This document shows, in pieces, positions 20,036 through 28,521 of a stretch of 64,000 bases of DNA. Source of the DNA: an uncultured Clostridia bacterium (GTDB taxonomy: Bacteria > CAYTYR01 > UBA6262); NCBI GenBank assembly GCA_964441745.1, contig CAYTYR010000001.1, positions 62,001-126,000 on the forward strand. The letters run 5' to 3'. A model generated the notes under the pieces. That model was not told the origin of the DNA and made no database searches. It saw only the letters and a list, made by a program, of their open reading frames with translations. Position 1 is the first letter of the stretch. Every line of letters begins with the position of its first letter. The position numbers and the translations under genes are program-made.

Positions 20036-21141
20036 TATTTATCCCTCTTGCCTTGGTTATTATTTTCGTCAACGCCAGTATAAATGCCCCGGACCAGCAG
20101 CATCAGTTCATCCGGATTAGTAGCATTATCCAGAGCTTCTTCCAGGGAAATTTTCCCTTCCTTGTATAAATTCAACAGCGACATGTCAAAAGATTGCATG
20201 CCGTAAAAAGTCCCCTGCTGCATAGCAGTATAAATACCGGCGTCTTTGCCTTCGGCGATCAACTTTCTGACAAACGGGGTAACCGTCAGGATCTCGATCG
20301 CCGGGATCCGGCCTTCCTGGTCAACCCGCGGGATCAGCCGCTGAGCAATAATACCCCGCAGGATCTGGCTGAGCGTCATTCTAATTTGACCTTGCTGGTG
20401 TGGAGAATACATATCGACAATACGGTTCACCGTATGGACAGCATCACTGGTATGAATCGTGGAAATAACCAGGTGTCCGGTCTCTCCACCCATAATAGCG
20501 GCATTGACTGTCTCAAAATCTCTCATTTCACCGATCACGATGACATCCGGGTCCTGGCGCAGGACATGTTTCAGCGCTTGCCCGAAAGACTTGGTATCAC
20601 TGCCTACTTCCCGCTGGCTGACCGTGCTCATTTTATCATTATGATAAAATTCAACCGGATCCTCAATCGTAATAATATTAGAACGGCGGGTAGAATTAAT
20701 AAAATCAATCATGGTGTTCAGGGTAGTAGTTTTACCGGCGCCGGTAATCCCGGCAATCAAAATAAGACCACGGTTATGGCTGGTTATTTTACGCATTGTT
20801 TCACTGGGCAGGTTTAATTCTTCAAAGGTTTTAGGCGAGGGAGGAATAACCCGCAAACTTAACGCGATCCCTCCTTTTTGCCGGTACAAATTGACCCGGA
20901 AACGAGACACTCCTTCTACTTCGTAACCAAGGTCAAGTTCATCATCTTTCTCGAATTTTTTTTGTTGTTTCTCATTCATCAGGCTATAAGCCAGCTGTTC
21001 AATGTTCTCGCTGGTCAAAGGACTGGATTCAGCGGCCATCAATTTACCATTAAACCGCAGCATCGGCGGACTGCCTGCTTTAAAGTGAATATCGGAAATG
21101 CTGCGTTTGACCATCAGCTGCAAAAGATCGTCAACATTCAT
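20035..21141 (-). CDS. pilT: PilT/PilU-family ATPase
   Basis: SDIHF, RFRVN, GITGAGKTTT, TIEDPVE, LRQDPDVIVIGEMRD, TGHLVISTIH, GMQSFD. Confidence 0.85.
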   Translation of the reverse strand: MNVDDLLQLMVKRSISDIHFKAGSPPMLRFNGKLMAAESSPLTSENIEQLAYSLMNEKQQKKFEKDDELDLGYEVEGVSRFRVNLYRQKGGIALSLRVIPPSPKTFEELNLPSETMRKITSHNRGLILIAGITGAGKTTTLNTMIDFINSTRRSNIITIEDPVEFYHNDKMSTVSQREVGSDTKSFGQALKHVLRQDPDVIVIGEMRDFETVNAAIMGGETGHLVISTIHTSDAVHTVNRIVDMYSPHQQGQIRMTLSQILRGIIAQRLIPRVDQEGRIPAIEILTVTPFVRKLIAEGKDAGIYTAMQQGTFYGMQSFDMSLLNLYKEGKISLEEALDNATNPDELMLLVRGIYTGVDENNNQGKRDK

Positions 21142-21152
21142 GGTAAACCCCT

Positions 21153-21830
21153 TTACCTTTTTTTATCTCCGGAAACAAGATCAACAGCATGACTGGTGCC
21201 GATACGGGTGGCGCCAGCTTCCATCAGGACATAAGCTTGCTCGGCAGTATTGATCCCGCCGCTGGCTTTGACACCCATTTCGATACCCACTATCTTGCGG
21301 ATCAGCTTGATATCCTCAACTGTAGCGCCGCTACCGTTATAACCAGTGGAAGTCTTAATAAAATTTACTCCCTGGAGACAGGCAATCTCACAAGCCTTGA
21401 TTTTTTCTTCTTTATTGAGCAGGCAGGTCTCCAGGATCACTTTTAACACATGCCCGCTGGTAGCGTTACGCACCATTTTAATTTCTTCATCCACAATCTC
21501 AGGTTCGTTTGATTTAAGAGCGCCGATATTCAGGACCATATCAATTTCATCGGCGCCGTTAAGCAAAGCGTTACGCGCTTCAATGCTTTTAACGGTAGAA
21601 GTGCTGGCTCCTAACGGGAACCCGATCACCGCCGTGACTTTAATACCGCTCCCATGCAGTAATTTGGCGGCTAGCGGCACATAGCTGGGATTAACGCAAA
21701 TAGCGGCAAAACGGTACTTTATCGCCTCTTGGCAGGCACGATCAATATCCGCACTCGTCGTATCAGGTTTCAATACAGCGTAGTCAATAATTTGGGCTAG
21801 TTTTTGGTCAAAATCCATAGCCAAGATCAA
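21153..21830 (-). CDS. deoC: Deoxyribose-phosphate aldolase
   Basis: VIGFPLG, GADEIDMV, LKVILET, FIKTSTG, VKASGG, RIGTS. Confidence 0.95.
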   Translation of the reverse strand: MILAMDFDQKLAQIIDYAVLKPDTTSADIDRACQEAIKYRFAAICVNPSYVPLAAKLLHGSGIKVTAVIGFPLGASTSTVKSIEARNALLNGADEIDMVLNIGALKSNEPEIVDEEIKMVRNATSGHVLKVILETCLLNKEEKIKACEIACLQGVNFIKTSTGYNGSGATVEDIKLIRKIVGIEMGVKASGGINTAEQAYVLMEAGATRIGTSHAVDLVSGDKKR

Positions 21831-21833
21831 TGG

Positions 21834-22283
21834 TTATTCCTTCATATATTTTTTTTCAATCTCAGTGATTTTATTGATCCGGCGCAAATGCCTTTCCGCG
21901 CTAAAAGGAGTCTCCAGCCAGGCTTTGATCATCTGCTCCATATTGGACTCACTGGTCAAGCCGCTTAAACAAAACACATTAGCCTGGTTATGTTCACTGG
22001 CTAGCTTGGCTTGTTCTGGCTGGCAGCAAAGAGCCGCCCGGACCCGGGGGACCTTATTGGCAGCAATACACATGCCAATTCCTGTTTTACACAGCAATAT
22101 TCCCCGGGCAGCTTTACCTTGCGATACCTCTTCAGCTACCTGCAAAGCAATATCAGGATAATCAACACTATCCTTGGTATTAGCGCCCATGTCTTTCACT
22201 TCATGGCCGAAACGGATTAAGAAATCCTTAATTTTCCCTTTCAGTTCTATGCCGCCATGATCACTGCCAATAGCTATGATCAC
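21834..22283 (-). CDS. rpiB: Ribose-5-phosphate isomerase B
   Basis: GSDHGG, DYPD, CKTGIG, ANKV, HNQANV, RHLRR. Confidence 0.95.
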   Translation of the reverse strand: MIIAIGSDHGGIELKGKIKDFLIRFGHEVKDMGANTKDSVDYPDIALQVAEEVSQGKAARGILLCKTGIGMCIAANKVPRVRAALCCQPEQAKLASEHNQANVFCLSGLTSESNMEQMIKAWLETPFSAERHLRRINKITEIEKKYMKE

Positions 22284-22412
22284 ACTATGCTCCTAAATAA
22301 AATGCTAAATTACAAATTCTATCACTTTGTTTATGCCAAATTATGGTAAGAATCTTACCTAAATTTAGCATAAGTTCCGCAGGAACGATGTAATTTGTCA
22401 TTTCAAATTTAT

Positions 22413-23162
22413 TTAATAGTTAACGATCTTACTAAATGTTTCGGCCTCTAAGCTGGCCCCGCCGACTAAAGCGCCGTCTATATCCGCTTGCCCCATAAGT
22501 TCCTTGCTGTTCTCTGGCTTCACACTGCCGCCGTACAAGATCCTGATCTCTTCGGCTATAGCCGGAGTGTATATTTCTGCTAATTTTTGGCGGATAAACT
22601 TGTGCGCTTCCTCAGCTTGCTGGGGAGATGCGGTTTTGCCTGTGCCAATCGCCCATACTGGTTCATAAGCTACCACTAATTTTTTTGCTTCTTCCTGGCT
22701 TAAGCCGCTAATACCTTCATGTATTTGGCGTTCCAATACCTGTAAGGTTTTATTGCTTTCCCTTTCAACTAGAGTTTCGCCGATACAAACAATCGGTAAT
22801 AATCCTGACTGGAAAGCTTTTTTCATTTTTTTATTAACGGCAGCGTCAGTTTCATTAAAATATTGCCGGCGTTCGGAGTGTCCAATGATCACATAAAGAC
22901 AGCCGATATCTTTAAGCATTCCTGGAGCAATCTCACCGGTAAACGCGCCTTTGTCTTCCCAGTACATATTTTGGGCGCCTAATTTCAAATTTGAGCCTTT
23001 AATTGATTCAGCGGCAATAGCTAAGCTGGTAAAGGGCGGACAGACGATCACTTCCCGGTCATTCAATTTTCCTACCCGGCTGGCTAAGCCTTCGATCAGT
23101 ACCTTGGCTTCCTGACTAGTTTTGTACATTTTCCAGTTACCTGCAAGAATCGGTTTACGCAA
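22413..23162 (-). CDS. tpiA: Triosephosphate isomerase
   Basis: AGNWKM, GHSERR, AYEPVWAIGTG, YGGSV, LVGGAS. Confidence 0.97.
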   Translation of the reverse strand: MRKPILAGNWKMYKTSQEAKVLIEGLASRVGKLNDREVIVCPPFTSLAIAAESIKGSNLKLGAQNMYWEDKGAFTGEIAPGMLKDIGCLYVIIGHSERRQYFNETDAAVNKKMKKAFQSGLLPIVCIGETLVERESNKTLQVLERQIHEGISGLSQEEAKKLVVAYEPVWAIGTGKTASPQQAEEAHKFIRQKLAEIYTPAIAEEIRILYGGSVKPENSKELMGQADIDGALVGGASLEAETFSKIVNY

Positions 23163-23277
23163 AGAAAATACCTCGCTTTCAGAATTATATTCCGTACTAG
23201 ATTATTGGTTTATGATAGCATATCATTTTTTTAATTTCAAGAGAAAAAAGAGGATTATCGGAGAGGCAGGAAAATAG

Positions 23278-23814
23278 CTAAAACCGCATTAATTTGGATG
23301 GCAATTTTATAGCTATATTGGAGGCTAAAACTATTTTGACCAGATCGCCAGGCAGAAAAACAACCATCCCGGCCCAGCAGGCTTGGGTCAGGGAAAGATG
23401 CGCCACAAAAATCAACTGTGCTAAGCCAAAAACATAGATCGCTATAGTCCCTGAGACCATCGCCAGGACCAACCGCCAAAAGCTTCTTTGGCCTTTGGCC
23501 ATAAGGCCAATAATACCGCTGGCGGCCAGGAAACCCCATAAATATCCGCCGGTTGGTCCGAATAGTGTCCCCAAGCCGGCTGTCCCTCCGGCAAAAACAG
23601 GCAGATTCAGGCACCCCAGCAAGATATAGATCAATTGACTCAGCGGACCTAACAGCGGACCCAGGATTATTCCGGATAAATAGGTAAAAAAAGTTTGCAG
23701 GGTAATAGGCACAGGATTGAAAGGCAGGGGAAGATAGACAAAACTGCCAGCAGCGGTCAAGCTGGCAAAAAGGCTGACTTTAACCATATCATGAGCGGTT
23801 AGGAGCATATTCAT
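23278..23814 (-). CDS. bioY: Biotin transporter BioY
   Basis: PVPITLQT, LPVFAGG, GPTGGYLWGF, FLPGDLVK. Start is ATG 23814 or 23808. Confidence 0.92.
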   Translation of the reverse strand: MNMLLTAHDMVKVSLFASLTAAGSFVYLPLPFNPVPITLQTFFTYLSGIILGPLLGPLSQLIYILLGCLNLPVFAGGTAGLGTLFGPTGGYLWGFLAASGIIGLMAKGQRSFWRLVLAMVSGTIAIYVFGLAQLIFVAHLSLTQACWAGMVVFLPGDLVKIVLASNIAIKLPSKLMRF

Positions 23815-23823
23815 ACCATCTAC

Positions 23824-23852
23824 TGTTAACTTATTATATATACTAGTTAACT
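23824..23852. promoter_or_regulatory. BirA-type operator upstream of bioY
   Basis: TGTTAAC-N15-GTTAACT palindrome enclosing a minus-strand TATAAT; matches the known BirA box architecture. Confidence 0.75.
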
Positions 23853-23895
23853 TTAAAGACAAAAAAAATAAAAGTTTAGACACACCACACTAAGC

Positions 23896-23934
23896 CAAAA
23901 ACGAGCCCCCATTAGTTAAACTGAATGGGAGCTC
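23896..23934 (-). terminator. Intrinsic terminator after the 43-aa ORF
   Basis: GAGCTCCCATT-loop-AATGGGGGCTC followed by GTTTTT on the minus strand. Confidence 0.75.
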
Positions 23935-23963
23935 AAAAACTGTTTGTTTAAAAAACCGTTTAG

Positions 23964-24095
23964 CTATCTTTTTTTCTTTTTTTTCTTCTCACCGCCACGA
24001 GCCATTTTCGCCCTGGAGATATCACCCTGCTTGTCGATGAAATAAAGATACCCAGCCTGTTTCTTAACGCCGCATTTCATTACCTTCTCTGCCAT
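23964..24095 (-). CDS. Small basic protein, 43 aa (MAEKVMKCGVKKQAGYLYFIDKQGDISRAKMARGGEKKKKKKR)
   Basis: Below the ORF-track cutoff. Strong RBS GGGGGGTGA, upstream TTGACA at 24169-24174, own terminator. Confidence 0.8.
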   Translation of the reverse strand: MAEKVMKCGVKKQAGYLYFIDKQGDISRAKMARGGEKKKKKKR

Positions 24096-24218
24096 TTCTG
24101 TTCACCCCCCCTCGACTTAAAAAATGAGAAAAATGTTCTAGTTATCTTATACACTATCGTCTAAGGCTTGTCAAGAAAAATTATTCTTTTTTTAAGACGA
24201 GCCTTCTGACGATGAAAT

Positions 24219-24333
24219 CCCTTCGATTCCACTCAGGGTAAATACCGAGCGTAGTAGTGAGCACCGTCGAACTACATAGTCGAAGTAAAGTACTGAGCGT
24301 AGTCGAAGTAAAGTACTGAGCGTAGTCGAAGTA
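24219..24333. repeat. REP-like cluster (CTGAGCGTAGTCGAAG type) with a nested GTAG...CTAC unit
   Basis: Two exact 23-bp tandem units at 24288-24333, plus a unit interrupted by GTAGTGAGCACCGTCGAACTAC. Confidence 0.8.
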
Positions 24334-25551
24334 TTACACTGTCAAGGCCATAAAGACTTCTTTCGCCTGATTGATGATCTCTCCGTCGAATTGACTGCCT
24401 TTTTGCTGTTCCAATTCGGCTAGAGCCTCATGAATACTTTTCATCTTTTGGTAAGGACGAGGGCTGGTCATAGCATCAAAAGCATCAGCCACAGTTATGA
24501 TCCTGGATAAATACGGTATCTGTTGGCTTTCCAGATGATCTGGATATCCCCGTCCGTTAAAATGCTCATGGTGGTGGCGCACCGTCGGCACCAGGTTTTT
24601 GAAAACATCTATATATTTTATTATCTCCGCGGTTATTTCCGGATGCCTTTTAACTAACACAAGCTCTTCCTCGCTCAAGGGGCCTGGCTTATTCAAGATC
24701 GCTTGTGGTATGGCCACTTTACCGGCATCATGTAACAGGCTGGCCCATTTTATCCGGCTGATCTCGTCATGATCAAGATGCAGGGCTTCAGCCAGCAACA
24801 TGGCATATTGCGAAACTCGCTGCGAATGCCCGCTGGTATAGATATGTTTAGCATCAATTACCCTGGCAAAGACCCGTAAAGTGATACCTATAACATCGCT
24901 CTTGTCCGGGCATTGCAACCGAGGCAGGCTCTGCTGCAATTCAATAAACGACTCTTCCAGACATTCATCCCGGTTAATTTCCCGGCAGTATTCATTATGT
25001 GCCAATATTTCTCCAAAAACCTCGTATACTGAAGAGCAAAATTCCTTATTCTTCTGTCCCTCTAACAGCTTCATGCTTTGTTCATAATCAAGCTGCGGGT
25101 TATCCTGCAGAAAAAAATCGTAGCTATCAGCAATTCTCAGGCATTGCGCCCCAATATTTATATCCTCACTCTGTTTCTGATGCGGATAACCTTCCCCATC
25201 CCAACGTTCATGATGGTCCATAATAATCTCCGCGGCCGGTTCCAGTCCGGGGATTTCCTGCACAATTTTAGCGCCTTTAACCGGATGGGCAAAAATCACC
25301 GGATGAGCCCGCTCCTGATCCAGGGATAAATGTTTCCTAATACCATTATCAATACTGACTGTCCCTACGTCATGCAGTAAGCTGGCATAAAATACCTGGT
25401 TAATATCTTCCGGGGTTATTTTCCGGGCAACTTCCGTAGCCAGTATCGTCACCCGCCAGGCATGAAAGATACGCTGATGATTCTCCAAAGCAATAATCTG
25501 CGATAGGGCGTTGATAATCTGACTGAAAGAACTTCCCAAATTGAATTCCAC
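24334..25551 (-). CDS. Tandem HD-GYP domain phosphodiesterase
   Basis: LLHDVG...HHERWDGEGYP and LLHDAG...HHEHFNGRGYP; GTG start after GGAGGGG. Confidence 0.88.
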   Translation of the reverse strand: MEFNLGSSFSQIINALSQIIALENHQRIFHAWRVTILATEVARKITPEDINQVFYASLLHDVGTVSIDNGIRKHLSLDQERAHPVIFAHPVKGAKIVQEIPGLEPAAEIIMDHHERWDGEGYPHQKQSEDINIGAQCLRIADSYDFFLQDNPQLDYEQSMKLLEGQKNKEFCSSVYEVFGEILAHNEYCREINRDECLEESFIELQQSLPRLQCPDKSDVIGITLRVFARVIDAKHIYTSGHSQRVSQYAMLLAEALHLDHDEISRIKWASLLHDAGKVAIPQAILNKPGPLSEEELVLVKRHPEITAEIIKYIDVFKNLVPTVRHHHEHFNGRGYPDHLESQQIPYLSRIITVADAFDAMTSPRPYQKMKSIHEALAELEQQKGSQFDGEIINQAKEVFMALTV

Positions 25552-25640
25552 GATCCCCTCCCTTTTTAGCTGCTCCTAAAAAGTCCATTCTGGCTGCAAT
25601 TTTAACTCTTTCAGGAGCAACTACTTAATTATTTTTTCTT

Positions 25641-25678
25641 ATAAATAAAAATCCCGGGATATGATTAATCCCAGGATT
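25641..25678 (-). terminator. Intrinsic terminator downstream of tRNA-Glu and its repeats
   Basis: AATCCTGGGAT-N7-ATCCCGGGATT then TTTATTT on the minus strand. Confidence 0.65.
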
Positions 25679-25796
25679 GTTTTAATTTATTTTTATCGTC
25701 ATTATTAATTAGGCATATTTTTTTATGCCTGGTATCTTCTATGTACAACTCACACTTTTTAAACATGATCGCACTCCTGAAAGTTGTGCTAAATCA

Positions 25797-25960
25797 TCTC
25801 GTCCCGTTCTAAATGGTGGCGCCAACGGGACTTCCGCCTTCAAGCCTGGCGGACCTTGCTTCTCGTCCCGTTCTAAATGGTGGCGCCAACGGGACTTCCG
25901 CCTTCAAGCCTGGCGGACCTTGCTTCTCGTCCCGTTCTAAATGGTGGCGCCAACGGGACT
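25797..25960 (-). repeat. tRNA-linked 64-bp tandem repeat (about 2.5 units) containing the last 19 nt of tRNA-Glu
   Basis: Identical units start at 25797, 25861 and 25925. Confidence 0.92.
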
Positions 25961-26018
25961 CGAACCCGTAAGCTCTGCCTTGAGAGGGCAGCGTCCTAAC
26001 CAATTAGACGATGGCGCC
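25942..26018 (-). tRNA. tRNA-Glu(CUC), CCA encoded
   Basis: GGCGCCA acceptor stem, CTGCC-CT-CTC-AA-GGCAG anticodon arm, GGTTCGAGTCC T arm, ends ACCA. Confidence 0.95.
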
Positions 26019-26042
26019 GTTTATTTTATGGCTGTAAGCTAT

Positions 26043-26387
26043 TTATTTCGGAGAAGCAATAAAAACGCTTAACAAGGTGCTGATAACACTAAGGATGAAA
26101 GCCCCGATAATAGCCCACAAAAAACCATCAATAATAAAGCCAGGAATAGCCCAGGCTACAAAACTTAATAATATCCCGTTGATAATAAAAGTCAATAATC
26201 CTAAGGTCAATATATTTATCGGCAGCGTTAACAAGATCAGGACCGGTTTAATAAACGCGTTAACCAATCCCAATAACAGTGCCGCCATTAAGGCCGCCCC
26301 AGGGCTGGAAATGTAAATTCCGGTGATCAGATAATCAGTCAAGATTAACGCAACTGTATTGATGCCCCAGCGTATTAAGAAATGCAT
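26043..26387 (-). CDS. YvlD/DUF360 4-TM 'holin-like' membrane protein
   Basis: LVNAFIKPVLILLTLPINILTLGL motif. Start is ATG 26387; the longer ORF runs through REP sequence. Confidence 0.85.
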   Translation of the reverse strand: MHFLIRWGINTVALILTDYLITGIYISSPGAALMAALLLGLVNAFIKPVLILLTLPINILTLGLLTFIINGILLSFVAWAIPGFIIDGFLWAIIGAFILSVISTLLSVFIASPK

Positions 26388-26409
26388 AGTATACCCCACA
26401 AATACCAAT

Positions 26410-26527
26410 CCTTCGACTCGTAGTTCGACTACGCTCACTACTGTGCTCAGGATAGTTCGACGCTTATAAAAAACGCTAGTAGTGAGCACGGCAGATGACT
26501 AAATAGTCATCTGACGCGTCGAACTAC
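26410..26527. repeat. Nested REP-like cluster abutting the tRNA-Gln 3' end
   Basis: CTTCGACTC[GTAGTTCGACTACGCTCACTAC]TGTGCTCAGG and GTAGTGAGC[hairpin]GTCGAACTAC. Confidence 0.75.
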
Positions 26528-26599
26528 TGCCCGGCCTGGACTCGAACCAGGAGACTTCTGCTCCAGAGGCAGACGTGTTACCAATTACACCACCGGGCA
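26527..26599 (-). tRNA. tRNA-Gln(CUG), CCA not encoded
   Basis: TGCCCGG/CCGGGCA acceptor stem (U1-A72), TCTGC-CT-CTG-GA-GCAGA anticodon arm, CCTGG-TTCGAGT-CCAGG T arm. Confidence 0.95.
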
Positions 26600-26666
26600 A
26601 TCATCACTTCGTGAGCTCGTAGCTCGTAGTTCTTAGCTCGTAAGGATATTTCCTATGAGCTACCAG

Positions 26667-26969
26667 CTATGAACTATGAGCTGCTTTACTACATTCTTCG
26701 ACGTAATTTAGTTCCAGGTCAGCCAAGACCCCTTCAATCATTTGCTGTTCTTTAGGATTCAGGTTTCCCTGGGTTTTCTTCCGCAGCATGCGCAGCATAT
26801 CGATCATCGACTTAGCTTGCTTTAAATCTATTTGGATCTGGTTACTAACCGGATGGGCTTGCTTCCCCAGCCAGGACCAAGCGGCCTGACTTAGCGAATA
26901 TACTAAACTTAGGAAACTAAGTTCTTCTTCATTTATTTTGGCTTGTTCTTTTTCTAAATCTTCACCCAT
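26667..26969 (-). CDS. DUF1844 family protein
   Basis: F..LV.SL...A...LG...P...DL.QAK..ID.L.ML..KT.GNL...E motif. Confidence 0.8.
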   Translation of the reverse strand: MGEDLEKEQAKINEEELSFLSLVYSLSQAAWSWLGKQAHPVSNQIQIDLKQAKSMIDMLRMLRKKTQGNLNPKEQQMIEGVLADLELNYVEECSKAAHSS

Positions 26970-26977
26970 TACACCCT

Positions 26978-28402
26978 CTACATATTTGCTATGGTTTGCT
27001 TGATCCGGGCCAGTACCCGCTCCCGTCCCAAGACTGAAAGCATCTCAAAAAGGCCAGGGCCAGTAGTCCGGCCGCTAACGGCTACGCGGAGCGGATGAAA
27101 CACTTCTCCGGTTTTATAACCATTAGCTTCGCAGAATTGCCGTATCGCCTGCTCTAACCCGGCCACCGAAAAATCCGGAGCGTGAGATAATTCTGTTTCC
27201 GCTTTAGCTAAGATCTCTGGCACATTCGGTTTAGCCAGTGTTTTCCTGGCTTTATCATCAGCCAGCGCTACCTTTTCCATAAAAAAGAAATCCACCAGCC
27301 CAGGTAACTCGCCAAAGGTCCTGATCCGTTCCCGTTCCAGGGAAATAACTTTGTTAATATACCCTAAATCCGTATTTTCGTCTATTAATTTATTTGCGGC
27401 CAGGAACTTTTTTCCTAACTGCGCCAATTCTTCCGGACTAATTTTATTCCTGATATATTCGCCATTGAGCCATTTTAATTTTTCCGGGTCAAAAATAGCC
27501 GCGTTCTTGGCGCAACGATCAAGTGAAAACTTTTCGATCATTTCGGTTATGGAAAATATTTGCTGGCTGTCTTCAGTGGCCCACCCCAGCAACACCAAGT
27601 AATTAATAATAGCCGCCGGCAGATAACCTTCCTGGATATATTCATCCAGGGCGGCGGCGCCATGCCGTTTACTGAGCCGGGCGCCATCAGGGCCCAGGAT
27701 CATCGGGATATGGGCAAATTCAGGAAGAGCCCAATCAAAAGCCTGGTACAGCATGATCTGCCTGGGAGTATTGGAAATATGGTCATCGCCGCGAATAACA
27801 TGAGTGATCCCCATATCATGGTCATCACAAACCACCGCAAAATTATAAACCGGTACCCCGGAAGATTTCAGGATCACAAAATCATCCAGTAAAGCGTTAT
27901 CAAATTGAATAGGACCCTTAACCAGGTCATTGATCTTGGTCACACCGGAATCAGGCATCTTGAAACGGATGACCGGTTTACGGCCTTCCTGCTCAAATTT
28001 CTTTTTCTGTTCTGCCGAGAGAGCCCGGCATTGGCCGTTATATTTAGGCGGCAGCTTTTTGGCCATCATGTCTTTGCGCCGAATTTCCAGTTCTTCCGGT
28101 GAACAATAGCATTGATACGCCTGGCCTTTTTGCACTAACTGAGCGGCATATTGCTGGTGTTTGGCTTTGTGGTCGCTTTGTAAAAATGGACCTTCATCCC
28201 AGTTCAATCCCAGCCATTCCATGCTGCGCAGGATCTGAGCAGTAGATTCCTCAGTAGAACGAGCTTCATCTGTATCTTCTATGCGCAAGACAAAAACGCC
28301 CTTTTTATTCCTGGCAAAAAGCCAATTAAACAAGGCTGTCCTGGCTCCCCCGATGTGCAAATAACCGGTGGGAGAAGGAGCAAACCGCACGCGAATAGTC
28401 AA
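26978..28402 (-). CDS. gltX: Glutamate--tRNA ligase
   Basis: RFAPSPTGYLHIGG, LRIEDTD, HVIRGDDH, LSKR. Confidence 0.97.
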   Translation of the reverse strand: MTIRVRFAPSPTGYLHIGGARTALFNWLFARNKKGVFVLRIEDTDEARSTEESTAQILRSMEWLGLNWDEGPFLQSDHKAKHQQYAAQLVQKGQAYQCYCSPEELEIRRKDMMAKKLPPKYNGQCRALSAEQKKKFEQEGRKPVIRFKMPDSGVTKINDLVKGPIQFDNALLDDFVILKSSGVPVYNFAVVCDDHDMGITHVIRGDDHISNTPRQIMLYQAFDWALPEFAHIPMILGPDGARLSKRHGAAALDEYIQEGYLPAAIINYLVLLGWATEDSQQIFSITEMIEKFSLDRCAKNAAIFDPEKLKWLNGEYIRNKISPEELAQLGKKFLAANKLIDENTDLGYINKVISLERERIRTFGELPGLVDFFFMEKVALADDKARKTLAKPNVPEILAKAETELSHAPDFSVAGLEQAIRQFCEANGYKTGEVFHPLRVAVSGRTTGPGLFEMLSVLGRERVLARIKQTIANM

Positions 28403-28521
28403 TGGGAAAATCCTCCTGGAAAAACTCTGGATTACGCGGATTTTAAATACAGATTACGCTGATTAATTCTTTAAGCATGAATCCGCGGAATCCGCTTCTT
28501 CTAATCCGCGAAATCGTTTTA

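Noticed and set aside
25566-25623. Riboswitch upstream of the tandem HD-GYP gene
   Set aside because: Only a simple inverted repeat (TAGCTGCTCCTAAAAAG / CTTTCAGGAGCAACTA); no c-di-GMP riboswitch consensus recognised, so more likely a small repeat element.
25797-25960. Possible CRISPR array
   Set aside because: The units are fully identical with no variable spacers, derive from the tRNA 3' end, and no cas genes are present.
25725-26003. ORFs 25725-25940 (+) and 25809-26003 (-)
   Set aside because: They are translations of the tRNA and its tandem repeats.
26043-26387. Prophage at the tRNAs, suggested by the holin-like gene
   Set aside because: YvlD/DUF360 proteins are common chromosomal genes; no integrase or phage structural genes are present.
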